The notes below the pieces were generated by a model that was not told the origin of the DNA, searched no databases, and saw only the letters and a program-made list of their open reading frames with translations. Position numbers and translations under genes: made by a program. Source: Octopus bimaculoides (taxonomy: Eukaryota). Taken from it: 36,708 nt of DNA. This document shows, piece by piece, positions 24,249 to 36,149 of this stretch; position 1 is the first letter of the stretch, and every line of letters begins with the position of its first letter. The DNA is taken from contig NC_068992.1 in NCBI RefSeq assembly GCF_001194135.2, positions 59,873,811 through 59,910,518 on the forward strand, written 5' to 3'.

Positions 24249-24460
24249 TTCTGTGTCTGTGTTTGTCCCCTTACCATCACTTGATAACCGATGTTGGTGT
24301 GTTTATATCCCTGTAACTTAGCAGTTCAGTAAAAGAGACTGAAAGAACAAGTACTAGGCTTACAAAGAATAAGTCCTGGGGTTGATTTGTTTGACTAAAG
24401 GCAGTGCTTCAGCTTGGCCGCAGTCAAATGGCTGAAACTAATAAAAGAATAAAAGAATAT
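23940..24460 (+). mobile_element. SINE family A copy, + orientation
   Basis: gtggctgtgtggttgcgaagcttg...cacattgggcaagtaccgtctact, then (TA)n and the 3' half ending gcagtcaaatggctgaaactaataaaagaataaaagaata. Confidence 0.8.
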
Positions 24461-24499
24461 ATATGAATGTATGTGTATATACGTGCGTGCGTGTGTGTG

Positions 24500-25005
24500 T
24501 GTGTGTGTGTGTGTCACTACTTGACAACTGGTGCTGGTTTGTTTATGTCCCTCTAACTTAGTAATTCATCAAACTTAAAAAGGTACCATACTTAAAAAAA
24601 AAACAAAACAAACATAACAAAGATAACTTCTTGACTTAATATGTTTGATTAAAACCTTTCAAGGCAGTACTCCAGCATGGCCACATTCTAACAACTGGAA
24701 CAAGTAAAAGATAAAAGATCTATTAAATAACAAATTAATTCTCTCCTTCATTATCCTGAGGAAATGATGACAGCCACCACCACCACCATATATATACGTA
24801 TATATATGTATGTGTGTATTTGTTATTTGTGTCTGCATTTGTCCCCATCACCATCGCTTAGCAGTTTGGCAAAAAGAGACTGATAGAATAAGTACTAGGC
24901 TTACAAAGAGTAAATCCTGAGGTCGATTTGCTCGACTAAAGGTGGTGCCCCAGCATGGTCGCAGTCAGTTGACTGACACAAGCAAAACAATAAAAAAATA
25001 AGATA
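24500..25005 (+). mobile_element. Two further tandem 3' halves of SINE family A
   Basis: The cacttgacaactggtgctggtttgtttatgtcccc...ccagcatggcc block recurs at about 24500-24720 and 24810-25005. Confidence 0.7.
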
Positions 25006-25014
25006 AGAACTATT

Positions 25015-25221
25015 ATTGGTTTCAAATTTTTGCACAAGGCCAGCAATTTCCAGGAAGGGGTTAAGTCAATCACATCGACCCCAGCGCTTAACTTGTACAT
25101 ATTTTATTGCTTCCAGAAGGACAAAAGGCAAAGTTGACGTTGGCAGAGTTTGAACTCGCAACACATAGATATGAAAGGCTGCTCAGCACTTTACCTGATG
25201 TGCTAACAATTCTCTCCAGCT
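25015..25221 (-). mobile_element. SINE family B copy
   Basis: The reverse complement runs agctggagagaattgttagcac...gagttcaaactctgccaacgtcaactttgcc...aaattgctggccttgtgcaaaatttgaaacc. Confidence 0.75.
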
Positions 25222-25261
25222 TCATACAAGAACTAATACTCCTACTACCATATAAGGATCT

Positions 25262-25475
25262 GAGCTGGCAGAATCATTAGCCATGCTGGGCATAATGTTT
25301 TGTGGCATTTTTTCTGTCCTTATGTCCTGAGTTCAAATTCCATCAAGGTCGACTCTGCCTTTCATCTTTACAGAGTCAAAATAAATACCATTTGAACACT
25401 GGGGTTGATCTCATCGACTTAGCTCCCTTCTGCGAAATTGCTGGCTTTGCGCCAAAATTTGAAACCAATATTACA
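25262..25475 (+). mobile_element. SINE family B copy
   Basis: gagctggcagaatcattagc...gagttcaaattccatcaaggtcgactctgcctttcatc...aaattgctggctttgcgccaaaatttgaaacc. Confidence 0.8.
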
Positions 25476-26669
25476 GCTATCATAACTTAATTGCAACCAT
25501 CTCTATGGCCATGAATAGCATTTAGTTAAAGAATTCATTCTGAACTTATCCATCAAAGAATTAAAATGGTTTCAGAGAACAATGGTAGGATTTGTGAAAT
25601 AGAAGTGGAACTATTTCACCTTTGTAATTATGTAATAACTGGCGCTTTAGAGTTTGGATTTAATCTAAGCAGGTTGTGAAAGAAGACGTGATAGATCTGA
25701 CTGAGGTTTCTATAGATTAATTAAGCAATTTTAAACACAGAAGTTTCTTTCTGCTATCAAAAGACAGAACAGACAGTTGAGGATATAAAAAAAATAAAAA
25801 GAAAAAAAGAAAAAAAAAGAAACAAAAGCAAAACAAGGAAATAAAGAAACATGCAGAATCTGTAACAGTGTAAAAGTGAGTAAACAATGAAAACATTATT
25901 ATGGCATCTACAGAATGGTTATTATCAAATGTATTGCATACTACTTTGAAAAGAATGCAACACAAGACAATAACAACAACAACACCAACAGCAACAGCAA
26001 CTGCAAACTGACTGTAATCATGTCTATTGTTTCTCCTAGCACTGACAAATTGAGAAGAAGCATATTTTTAAAATGTATTCACTTCACCAAAAAGATACAG
26101 CAATGATTTGATTTTAAACGAAAACAAATATTGCAGAAATGTCAAATCTGTAGTAACACCATTAATTTTGTTTACTATATAGATAAATAAATAAATAAGT
26201 ATGAACAAGTATAAAATTTTTGAATCTTTGTGACAAGTTCCTTGCGAAGGAAGAATGTGGTAGTAAAAACATCACAAAGATTAAAGAATTTTCTTATGAA
26301 TTTCTTCGATTTATTTATATTTTCCTGAACATTTATCTGAAAGCATGTGGCCTAGTGGTTAGAGTGTTGCACCAATGATTGTAAGATTATGGTTTCAAAT
26401 CCTAGACCAAGCATTGCATTGTGTTCCTGGACATAAACACTCCATTTCATCATTGCTCCAATTCACCCAATCCACATCAGTGGCAGGCTGTAAAGGGGAG
26501 AGTAAGTCGTCCCTTCTGTCTGTAGACTGGGGTGGCACTTTAGGTACATGCTAGCAACCCCTTAGACTCCTGTGCCAGGGATATAGCAAAGATGTTGGCA
26601 GCAGGACATTGGATAAGCAACAAAGTAAGGAGTCTTTGACCAATGGCTTGAAGGTTGCTGTGACCTAAA

Positions 26670-26830
26670 GTTTAGTTGATCAAATTAACCCCAGTACTAA
26701 TTAAAAAAAAAAAAATCCTGGTCCTTAGTTTCCCAGTCTCTTTTGCCAAACTGCTAAGTCATGAGGGACATGAACAAACTGATACCTGTTGTCAAGCAGT
26801 GGTGGGGGAAAACACATACTCTAAGACACA
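26670..26830 (-). mobile_element. SINE family A 3' half
   Basis: agtctcttttgccaaactgctaagtcatgagggacatgaacaaactgatacctgttgtcaagcagtggtggggg. Confidence 0.7.
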
Positions 26831-27777
26831 CACACACACACACACACATACATACATTCATACATACCTACATACACACACACACACACACATTCATACA
26901 TACCTACACACACACATAAATAATATATAATAATGGAGAAACTGCTAATCAATTAGATATGTAATAATTACTAAAAGAAAGCAATTATTAAAGGGTTGAC
27001 CAAAAGGAAATTTTTTTTATAAATTCATGTTCCAAGAAATTATTATTTCTGAAGGCTATTGAATACTTGAATTACAAGTTTTTCACAAATTTAAATATTC
27101 ATTGCATTCACTGCGGAGAAGATTTACTAAACAATATTAATTTATTGCAAGTGAAATTTCCTGTTTTCATTAGCAACAGTCTTTCACTCACTCTCATCGT
27201 TATTTTCATTAATGATAATTTGATATATATTCTTTTCAATGTTTTCATGTCAAGTTTTAATTTGCTATTTGCAAAACCCACTGTTTATTCTCTATATGTA
27301 ATGCAAAACAATTATTTATTGAATGAATGTAAGACAAAATAGTTGTATAACTTTGAGGCTTATGATGATATCAGTTTCCAGAATTTGTTAAACGAATATT
27401 TTTGATAAAATGAAAATTTCTTAATATACCAATATACCAGTAATTTTTTTAAACAAAGTGATTTTGTTAGTATGGCTGTTTGGAATGCTATAAGCCTCAC
27501 AATAATAAATGTGTGATTGTTACTATTTCTAGCATGCTAAACCTTGATGTTTGTTTAAATTCTAGATATTTTATTACTACAATGAATTACTGAACGAAAT
27601 ATATAGTAAGCAAGTGAGATTTTTTATAAATTGAAGTTTTCAGGAAAATTTACTTTCAGAAATTCCTTTTATTATTGAATATTTCAAGTTCCCAAATTTA
27701 AATATTCGATACAAGCTTTTATTTATATTATTTTTTCATTTCATGTTTATTTCATTCATTGTTTGCAGTGTTCTCTT

Positions 27778-27839
<62 letters not shown>

Positions 27840-27939
27840 CAGCTTTGACTAGCAGAAAACTGCCCTTTGGTTGGTCTTTCTGCTAGTATATGTACATACA
27901 CACATACACACACGTTTATATATGTGTATGTATATACGA

Positions 27940-28075
27940 AATCCATCCACAAGGCTTTAGTTGACCCAGGGATATAGTAGAAGACACTTGCCCAAGGTGG
28001 CATGCACTGGAACTGAACATAGAACCATGTGGTTGGCAAGCAAACTTATTACCACACAACTACACCTGTGCCTTC
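27940..28075 (-). mobile_element. SINE family A head
   Basis: cacaaggctttagttgacccagggatatagtagaagacacttgcccaaggtggc...ccatgtggttggcaagcaaac. Confidence 0.8.
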
Positions 28076-28469
28076 CAAGTATTAACACCAAATTGCTGTT
28101 ATGTTCTATATCCAGACAAAAGATTGATGCACCAAAATTCCTCAGATGGAAGTTTCTATATAAACAATTTTAATAACCAATTCCTTTTCAAAACAAACAA
28201 TAAAGAACACAAGGAACAAACAAAATCAAAGCAACCGATAATAAATAACTGTAGTGATGAAAACATTAATTATGATGATAAAGTTTGCCTGTAATTAGCA
28301 CCATAAGGCCCCAGGTCATTCTTACCTAATTAACATATAAATGTTTCATCAACGGATAAAAATTCCCTAATTGTGTCAAGAGATCATTTCTTTCAAACTA
28401 ATTGGAATGACAATCAATTCTTAAGGAAAATTCTGGAAGATTACACTGGAACTTTTGTCACTGTAAATG

Positions 28470-28625
28470 CTTGAGTGCATTCTAAGTTCAAGTCCTACCA
28501 TGGTCAATTTTGACTTCCATCCTTTTTGGGTTTGATAACTTGCATACCAATGAAGCACAGAGGCTGAAGTAATTGATTTTCCTCTCCTCTTAAAATTGTC
28601 AGTCTTGTGCCAAAATTACAATAAG
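28470..28625 (+). mobile_element. SINE family B, degraded
   Basis: aagttcaagtcctaccatggtcaattttgacttccatcctttttggg...cttgtgccaaaatt. Confidence 0.55.
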
Positions 28626-29634
28626 AATTATTACCAACAAATAATTATGAGAGTTGCCATGTAACTCCTCAACAAAAAGAAAGCTGTTTTTCCTTAGTCC
28701 CTTCCCTCATCTTCCTGCAAGCCATTTCTCTTGTGGGGTTTGTTGTTTTTCAAGTTCCATGGCAAGATTACTAGTGCTGGTGGCACTAAAAAATTGAAAG
28801 CATCCTTGTAAATGGTGTGGAGTGTTTGGTATTAGGAAGGGATTCTGGCCACAGAAGCCATGCCAAAGTGGAAAATGGGGCACCATACAGTCTTCAAGCC
28901 TGTTGGATCCTGTCAAACCATCCTGTCTAACCCCTTCCATGATGACGATGATGATGATGATGATGATGATAATGATGATGATGATAATGATGGTGATGAT
29001 GATGACAAAGAAAATCATGATGATGTCAATGATGATGATTATGATGTGTCGATGATGATGATGATGATGACAATGACGATGATAATTATGATATGTCAAT
29101 GATGATGATGATAACGACAATGACGATGATGATTATGATATGTCGATGATGATGATGATGATGATGATGACAATGACGATGATGATTATGATGTCAATGA
29201 TGATGATGATAATGATGAGGACGATGATGGCGAGGATGATAAAGAAGACGATGATGATGACAATGATGACGAAAACAACGATGATGTTGATGGTAATGAA
29301 GACAATCATGATGATGTTGATAATGACGATGATGATGATGATGATGATGATGATGATAATAATATGACGACAATGACAACAACAACAACAACAACAATGA
29401 CGACGACACGCAACAGTTGAAAACTCATCATAAGAAGCAGATTCCATATTTCGAAGGTTAATTGTATGGAATATCGAAAGTGCCGTTTCAACTGGTTGCT
29501 TTGGCCGTTGAGCACCACGGTCATCTGAAGTGACCTTCTGCTTTACTTCCCATCAGACAACCATCCATTAGCTCACTAGTTGTAGTTCTGCTTGTTGTAA
29601 TGGTGGCATTGAGACCAGCTGTATTCATTTCAAT

Positions 29635-30345
29635 NNNNNNNNNNNNNNNNNNNNNNNNNNNNNNNNNNNNNNNNNNNNNNNNNNNNNNNNNNNNNNNNNN
29701 NNNNNNNNNNNNNNNNNNNNNNNNNNNNNNNNNNNNNNNNNNNNNNNNNNNNNNNNNNNNNNNNNNNNNNNNNNNNNNNNNNNNNNNNNNNNNNNNNNNN
29801 NNNNNNNNNNNNNNNNNNNNNNNNNNNNNNNNNNNNNNNNNNNNNNNNNNNNNNNNNNNNNNNNNNNNNNNNNNNNNNNNNNNNNNNNNNNNNNNNNNNN
29901 NNNNNNNNNNNNNNNNNNNNNNNNNNNNNNNNNNNNNNNNNNNNNNNNNNNNNNNNNNNNNNNNNNNNNNNNNNNNNNNNNNNNNNNNNNNNNNNNNNNN
30001 NNNNNNNNNNNNNNNNNNNNNNNNNNNNNNNNNNNNNNNNNNNNNNNNNNNNNNNNNNNNNNNNNNNNNNNNNNNNNNNNNNNNNNNNNNNNNNNNNNNN
30101 NNNNNNNNNNNNNNNNNNNNNNNNNNNNNNNNNNNNNNNNNNNNNNNNNNNNNNNNNNNNNNNNNNNNNNNNNNNNNNNNNNNNNNNNNNNNNNNNNNNN
30201 NNNNNNNNNNNNNNNNNNNNNNNNNNNNNNNNNNNNNNNNNNNNNNNNNNNNNNNNNNNNNNNNNNNNNNNNNNNNNNNNNNNNNNNNNNNNNNNNNNNN
30301 NNNNNNNNNNNNNNNNNNNNNNNNNNNNNNNNNNNNNNNNNNNNN
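29635..30345. other. Assembly gap (others: 4076-4085, 10429-10646, 12794-12883, 18347-18789, 19736-19745, 22123-22132, 22765-22994)
   Basis: Runs of N, mostly next to simple repeats. Confidence 0.99.
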
Positions 30346-30982
30346 ATATATATATATATATATTAATGTATGCATAAAATCAAAGTGGGTGAGTACAAGT
30401 GATATATTACAGAGTTGTTGTTGTTGTTGGACGTGGTGGTCGTGGTAATGGTGGTGGTGGTGGTGGTAGTGGTGGTGGTTGTGGTGGTGGTGGTGGTGTG
30501 GCTGTTGTTGTTGTTATTGTGCTTGTTTAGCACCAAGCTGGCTCTGAGCTTTGATCAAACACACCCATGATCAAAGGACTCCTGGCTATAACAATCCTGT
30601 CTTTGTCAGACATAATGTATCTGGGACTACATTATTCAATGTGGCCATTTTCTTTTCTTTTTCTTTTCTTTTCCTAAGACTCCGGAGTGAGAGTCAAACA
30701 GTGTATCAGAAAAGTTGTTAAAGTATGAGTTTCAATACATAGCAGTGCTTGTTCCCAACCTCTAGATTGTGAGTTCAAATTTCACAACCACAGTTGAATT
30801 TTTCTTTCATTCTATGCATTTGTGCATGTGTTTGTGCGTGCATGCATGTGTCTATGTGACGCTGTGTGTGTACGTATCTGTGCATATATATGTGTGTGTG
30901 TGTGTGTGTGTGTATGTATATATATTTTATGTACACCAGCTCACACAGGTAAATATACAACACAAACACGCACTCAAACACA

Positions 30983-31020
<38 letters not shown>

Positions 31021-31274
31021 AGTCAAGGGGATTCAGAAAAAATATTTGAGATCTAGGAGATTCAGAAAAAAATCAAGGAGATTCAGTATATAGATGTTCA
31101 CATATACACATACACATGTGTGCTCAGTGTGAACTTTTGCAGGTATATGTAGATCTATGTAGAGATATATATTGCATATATATATACACACACGCACACA
31201 CACACACACACACAAACACACACAAACATACATATATCAACCCAAGCTAGCATGGAAAGCGGACATTAAACGAC

Positions 31275-31322
<48 letters not shown>

Positions 31323-31329
31323 ATTCTTT

Positions 31330-31542
31330 TATACATACTTTTCTTTGTTTCAGTAATTTGACTGCAGCCATGCTGGAGCACTACCTTTAGTCGAACAAAT
31401 GGATCCTAGGACTCATTCTTTGTATGCCTTGTACTTATTCTATCAGTCTCTTTACCCGAACCGCTAAGTAACAGGGATGTAAACACACCATCAGTTGTCA
31501 TGTGATGGGGGGGGGGAGAAACATAGACACACAAACATATAC

Positions 31543-31630
<88 letters not shown>

Positions 31631-31670
31631 CAAGCTTGTTTTAGTTTCTGTCTACCAAATCCATTCACAA
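31330..31670 (-). mobile_element. SINE family A copy lacking most of the head
   Basis: gtttcagtaatttgactgcagccatgctggagcactacctttagtcgaac... through ctaccaaatccattcacaa. Confidence 0.75.
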
Positions 31671-32517
31671 TGTGGGTGTAACACACAAATCTGGATTATG
31701 AATAGTGTCATTAGACTGTAGGTCATGTGGTTCTGTGTTGTTATGCTTCATTAAACTGAAATTTATCAATTAAAACCACACAGAGCATTGATGATTAAAA
31801 TGATGAGGTGTACATTTGTATCTAATTGATTAATGTACACTCAATTATGGAATAGATATTAACTGCACATTAGCTGGCTTGTAAGAAAAATTCTCCTTAT
31901 AGTGAATGTATGATAATTTATGTGAGCTTGACAAAGCTTTGCACACTGCAGCAAATGTATTTTTTGTTGTTTACAAATAATGGCAAATACACAACACATA
32001 TGAACGATGGACATGCTTTCAGTAGCTGCTGAAGTATAACATGCAGAAACACATGCTGTACACTCATTTGACATCGTTCTTGGACTTATATAGACACACA
32101 CTTTATTTTAATTAGTGCTGCATTGTGTGCCTTTTATGTATGTGAATATGTATGTATGTATGTATGTATGCATTTATGTGCAAATATATATACATATATA
32201 CATATATATCTATGTGTGTGTATATACATATAAATGTATATATATATAAACACACGCACATATATGTGTGTATGTTTATGTGTATGTATACACACATATG
32301 TATATCTATCTATCTATCTATCTAGCCATCTATCTCTCTCTCACTCACTCATTCACTCACTCACTCTCTCTCTCTCTCTTGATATATAAATATATATATA
32401 TATACACTTACATTTATATATGTATAAATAATAATAATCGGAAGATGAAATAAAATTCAAATCAATCAGAAAATAACGTTAATAATAATAATGACGATGA
32501 TGATGATGATGATGACG

Positions 32518-32640
32518 TCAAATTTTGGCACAAGGCCAGCCGTTTCAGGGGAATAAGAAAGTCAATTACATTAAAACCATTGTTCAAGTGGTACTTATTT
32601 TATCGACTCCAAAAGGAGGAAAGGCAAAGTTGACCTTGAC
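32518..32640 (-). mobile_element. SINE family B 3' part, abutting the 211-bp palindrome
   Basis: caaattttggcacaaggccagc...ggtacttattttatcgactccaaaaggaggaaaggcaaagttgacc. Confidence 0.75.
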
Positions 32641-32650
32641 AAAGACAGGT

Positions 32651-32861
32651 ATGCTATTCAATGTCTTATAGAACATACACACAGTTCACCAAAATGCCAT
32701 AATAATTACACAACATTTGTAGGAACATTATACAATCTGGCACCTCACCTCGTCAGTGCTGATGAGGTAAAAAGCAAGATTGCATAATGTTACAACTGTT
32801 ATGTAATTATAACAGTATTTTGCCGAAAGCGAAGTATGTCCTATAAAGCATTGAATATCAT
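32651..32861. repeat. Imperfect 211-bp palindrome (fold-back element)
   Basis: Arms 32651-32756 and 32759-32861 align at 78/103 positions plus one 3-nt indel around a 2-nt centre (tg). Confidence 0.85.
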
Positions 32862-33245
32862 GTATGTTTTCTATGTATATTCTGCATAATAGTGGATCTA
32901 AACATCGATGCCTGCATTGTACTCCACTGTATATGGGAATAAAATGGAGAAACCACGACTTAACCTAATCTTTGGTTATATGACACACTTCACAGTGCAT
33001 TTCTTTGATATATATACATATATTATATATATATATAATTATTACATTTAGATATAACTGAGGTAATTATGTGTACACATGACTCTTTAGTGCACACACA
33101 CACACATACACACTCACACACATGCCTGTAATTATGTTTGAGTTTATATAAAAAATGGGTAAAAATACTCAATGTTTAGTGTAAATCTCAAATTACTCTA
33201 TTGCTTTCCAGAGCAACTAGAACTCTCTAATGTGTATATGTGCAT

Positions 33246-33311
<66 letters not shown>

Positions 33312-33400
33312 ATATAAATATAAATATTATAAATATATATATAGATACATACATGCATCTATATATATATATGTGCGAGCATGTGTGTGTATAAATGTAA

Positions 33401-33441
<41 letters not shown>

Positions 33442-34017
33442 TATATATATATGTACACATGCATACATACATACACCCATATATATATATATATGCATGT
33501 ATATGTGTGTGTAGATATATACACATATACATACATATATATATGCGTGTATATATCTACACACACGTATGTATGTATGTATGTATGTATGTACATATAT
33601 GCATGTATAGCAGATAAGAGATGATTAGTGATTATAAATCCAATCTTGTTCTTCAGTGAGCATTCTTCTGAATACTGGCTACGAAAGTGTCTGTGTGTAG
33701 ACAGCTTACCTTAAAAGAAACAATCCATACAAACTCAGATTCCAGGGCTGATAAATTAATTACAGAATATAGTATAAACTGCAGAGTTTATGATATTGTG
33801 TTAGATTCTTTAGTTATGTGTGTTTCAACACCACATGGAATATTTTTATCATGAACATAAATATGAATACTGCGAAATTGTAATATTACAACAAAGTATA
33901 TGTAAACTATATGCATCTTATCAGGCAAAGGTTTAAAAGTATTACTTTTGAATGATGTAGTGATGAAACACATGTAAATAAGGAATTGAAGATAATACCA
34001 TAAATTCCACTCTTCAA

Positions 34018-34081
<64 letters not shown>

Positions 34082-34309
34082 GTGCATACATGTGCACATA
34101 TATGTGTGTAAGTGTATTCATATGTATGTATATAGATGTATACACACACACACATACACACACATGCATAAATATATATACCTGTATATATGTGTGTGTG
34201 TACATATATGTATATGTGTATATATGTCTACATGTATGTATATATTTATATATGCTCAGCTATATTAAAAACAATTGTACATTAATCTGATGAGTAACTC
34301 TATATAAAG

Positions 34310-35311
34310 ATATTATTGACAATGACTTTGAAGATTGGGCCAGCCAAGCCATCACCGTACTGCAATGTATTGAAGTTAATCTTGGCTTTATATAAATCAA
34401 TTTTTGAAATTAAATTTTATTCCCATTTTTATACATGAGTATATACACAGCTTTTATAATGTCCAGCTTTCACATATACATAGGCCTAAAATAATATATT
34501 ATAAAATACCCATGTTTGAAACAGAATTGAAGAAATATTTATAAACACATTGAACAAACTCTGCCTCCATAAAACACAAAGGTTAAAATTTTTACATTTT
34601 AATGAAATTGCTTATAGAACAAAGAACCCCTAGAGAGAAATATATCGACCAACAACCTACTCACATCCTCTTTTTGAACTCAAAGCACAATATATGCAAC
34701 TTTCTATGCTAAAAACACCATGACAGGCAAGACTAATAACCCTTACCTCCCAAATACAAACAGGAAATGCCCCAAATAACAACAAATAAAGAAACTGACT
34801 AACCAAAACATACCACTTACTTCCATTCTTTTGTGAACCCTTAAAAAATTCCATAACAAAAATGTTGACACACGCAATTGCTAAGTTTTTAAGTACTGGA
34901 CTAAACTTTGAACCTTTGACATTTATATTTTCAAAGGAAAGGAATAAAATAAGCAAAACCCCAAATAATTAAGACTACTGACACTTCCTAGACCAACCTA
35001 ATTTGTTTTTGTGAATCACTGAAAAACAATCCTATGACTTGAAGGAGACATGCCTAAACATACCTGCTTACAAAGTCCCATAATGACTAACAACTTTTAT
35101 ACAATAACACAATTGAAATTTAATCAATAAAAATTTCTCCATGACACCATTCCATCACAAGCCACCCTACAACCTAATTTACTACTCCATTCAAACCCAA
35201 GGAAGATTTTAACTCAACAAAGACTATGTAGAACCAAGATTAACTTCAATGCATCACAGTCTGATGATGGCTTATCTGACTGAAACTTTGAAGTGTCACT
35301 GTCAATAATAT
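34310..35311 (+). mobile_element. Penelope-like retroelement remnant with inverted terminal repeats
   Basis: About 76-bp inverted arms at 34310-34385 and 35234-35311 (61/76 matches by hand). The right arm carries CTGATGA...GAAAC...GTC. Internal MLTHAIAKFLSTGLNFEP (34862-34915) resembles the LSKGLNFxP motif of PLE ORF N-termini. Confidence 0.55.
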
Positions 35312-35372
35312 TCTTGTTTAAGAATAATAAATGTGTATATATATATATATATAAAGCTGTTGTATATATTTC

Positions 35373-35403
<31 letters not shown>

Positions 35404-35871
35404 TTTCTCTGTGTGTATATAAATATATACATATGTATGTATGCATAGTGTGCATGTACACATGCACACATATACAGTATATACACATACACACCAATAC
35501 ACACAGGCTACATATATGTACAGACATCACAGAGAGAAGCATCAGCCCACAATTAACCATGAGTCAAGCTGAGATACGTTACACTTGTATATAACATGAT
35601 ATAGGTTCTCTCTCTCTCTATAAGTATATTGTATAAAACACATATTGTATAATACTTCCTGTATATCAATGTTCTTTCTTAATTATATAACATAACAAGA
35701 TACATTATAACAAAGATATCTTATTCTGTATATAGCAAAAGAAAAGAAAATGAAAAAAAACAAAAACAAAATAAAACTAAGAAAATAAATGAAAAATGAA
35801 TAAAATCGCAATTGTTGTTTATTACTGGTTCAGAAGTGACATGTAGAAGAGATACAGTAATTTGTACTCAC

Positions 35872-36007
35872 CATAACCCCTGTTGCAATTGCTATAGTCC
35901 GTCCACAATATGTGTTTGGCACAATATCACCATATCCAATAGATAGGAATGTTATAGATATCATCCATAACGAATTAAGGATATTGGCATGTTTTGTATC
36001 GTGGTAA
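35872..36007 (-). CDS. KCNN: Internal coding exon (S5-pore turret, pore helix, selectivity filter, start of S6) of a small-conductance calcium-activated potassium channel (SK/KCa2)
   Basis: The minus strand reads tctcttctttcAG|T TAC CAC GAT...GGG GTT ATG|GTgagt. The 136-nt exon is 1 nt plus 45 codons: [45 protein letters not shown]. It contains the K+ filter SIGYGD and the SK-typical VPxTYCGR. Phase-2 start at (R)YHD and phase-0 end before GAGCT match known SK exon junctions. The rest of ORF 35830-36309 is intron/SINE read-through. Confidence 0.95.
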
Positions 36008-36149
36008 CTGAAAGAAGAGACAAATGAAGAATGGTAATTATTTTGGTAGATGTCAGCATATATGGAATCGGTCAAGGAACTCGTTATATTATTTTCAGAA
36101 AAGATAAAAAAACAGAAAACAAAACAAAGACAAAATTGAGTTGGCATTG

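Larger units (their letters stand above)
1..35871 (-). other. Large intron of the SK channel gene downstream of the pore exon (continues beyond position 1 unless an exon is hidden in a gap)
   Basis: Consensus donor GTGAGT at 35871-35866. A manual scan found no GAGCTAL...HVHNFMMD (S6/CaMBD) coding sequence. About 1.7 kb of N gaps could hide an exon. Confidence 0.7.

Noticed and set aside
30745-30795. B-box-like gtgagttcaaatttcac as a tRNA gene
   Set aside because: Only a T-arm-like hairpin; no D-arm or acceptor stem could be built.
31859-32101. Cys-rich 80-aa ORF in unique sequence as a hidden exon
   Set aside because: No similarity to SK or any domain I recognise, and no convincing acceptor/donor pair.
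34345-34362. Minus-strand QYGD as a second, mutually exclusive pore exon (insect SK genes are recalled to have such pairs)
   Set aside because: The surrounding sequence is the Penelope-like terminal repeat, with no pore-helix similarity or splice sites. No second pore exon was found anywhere in the window.
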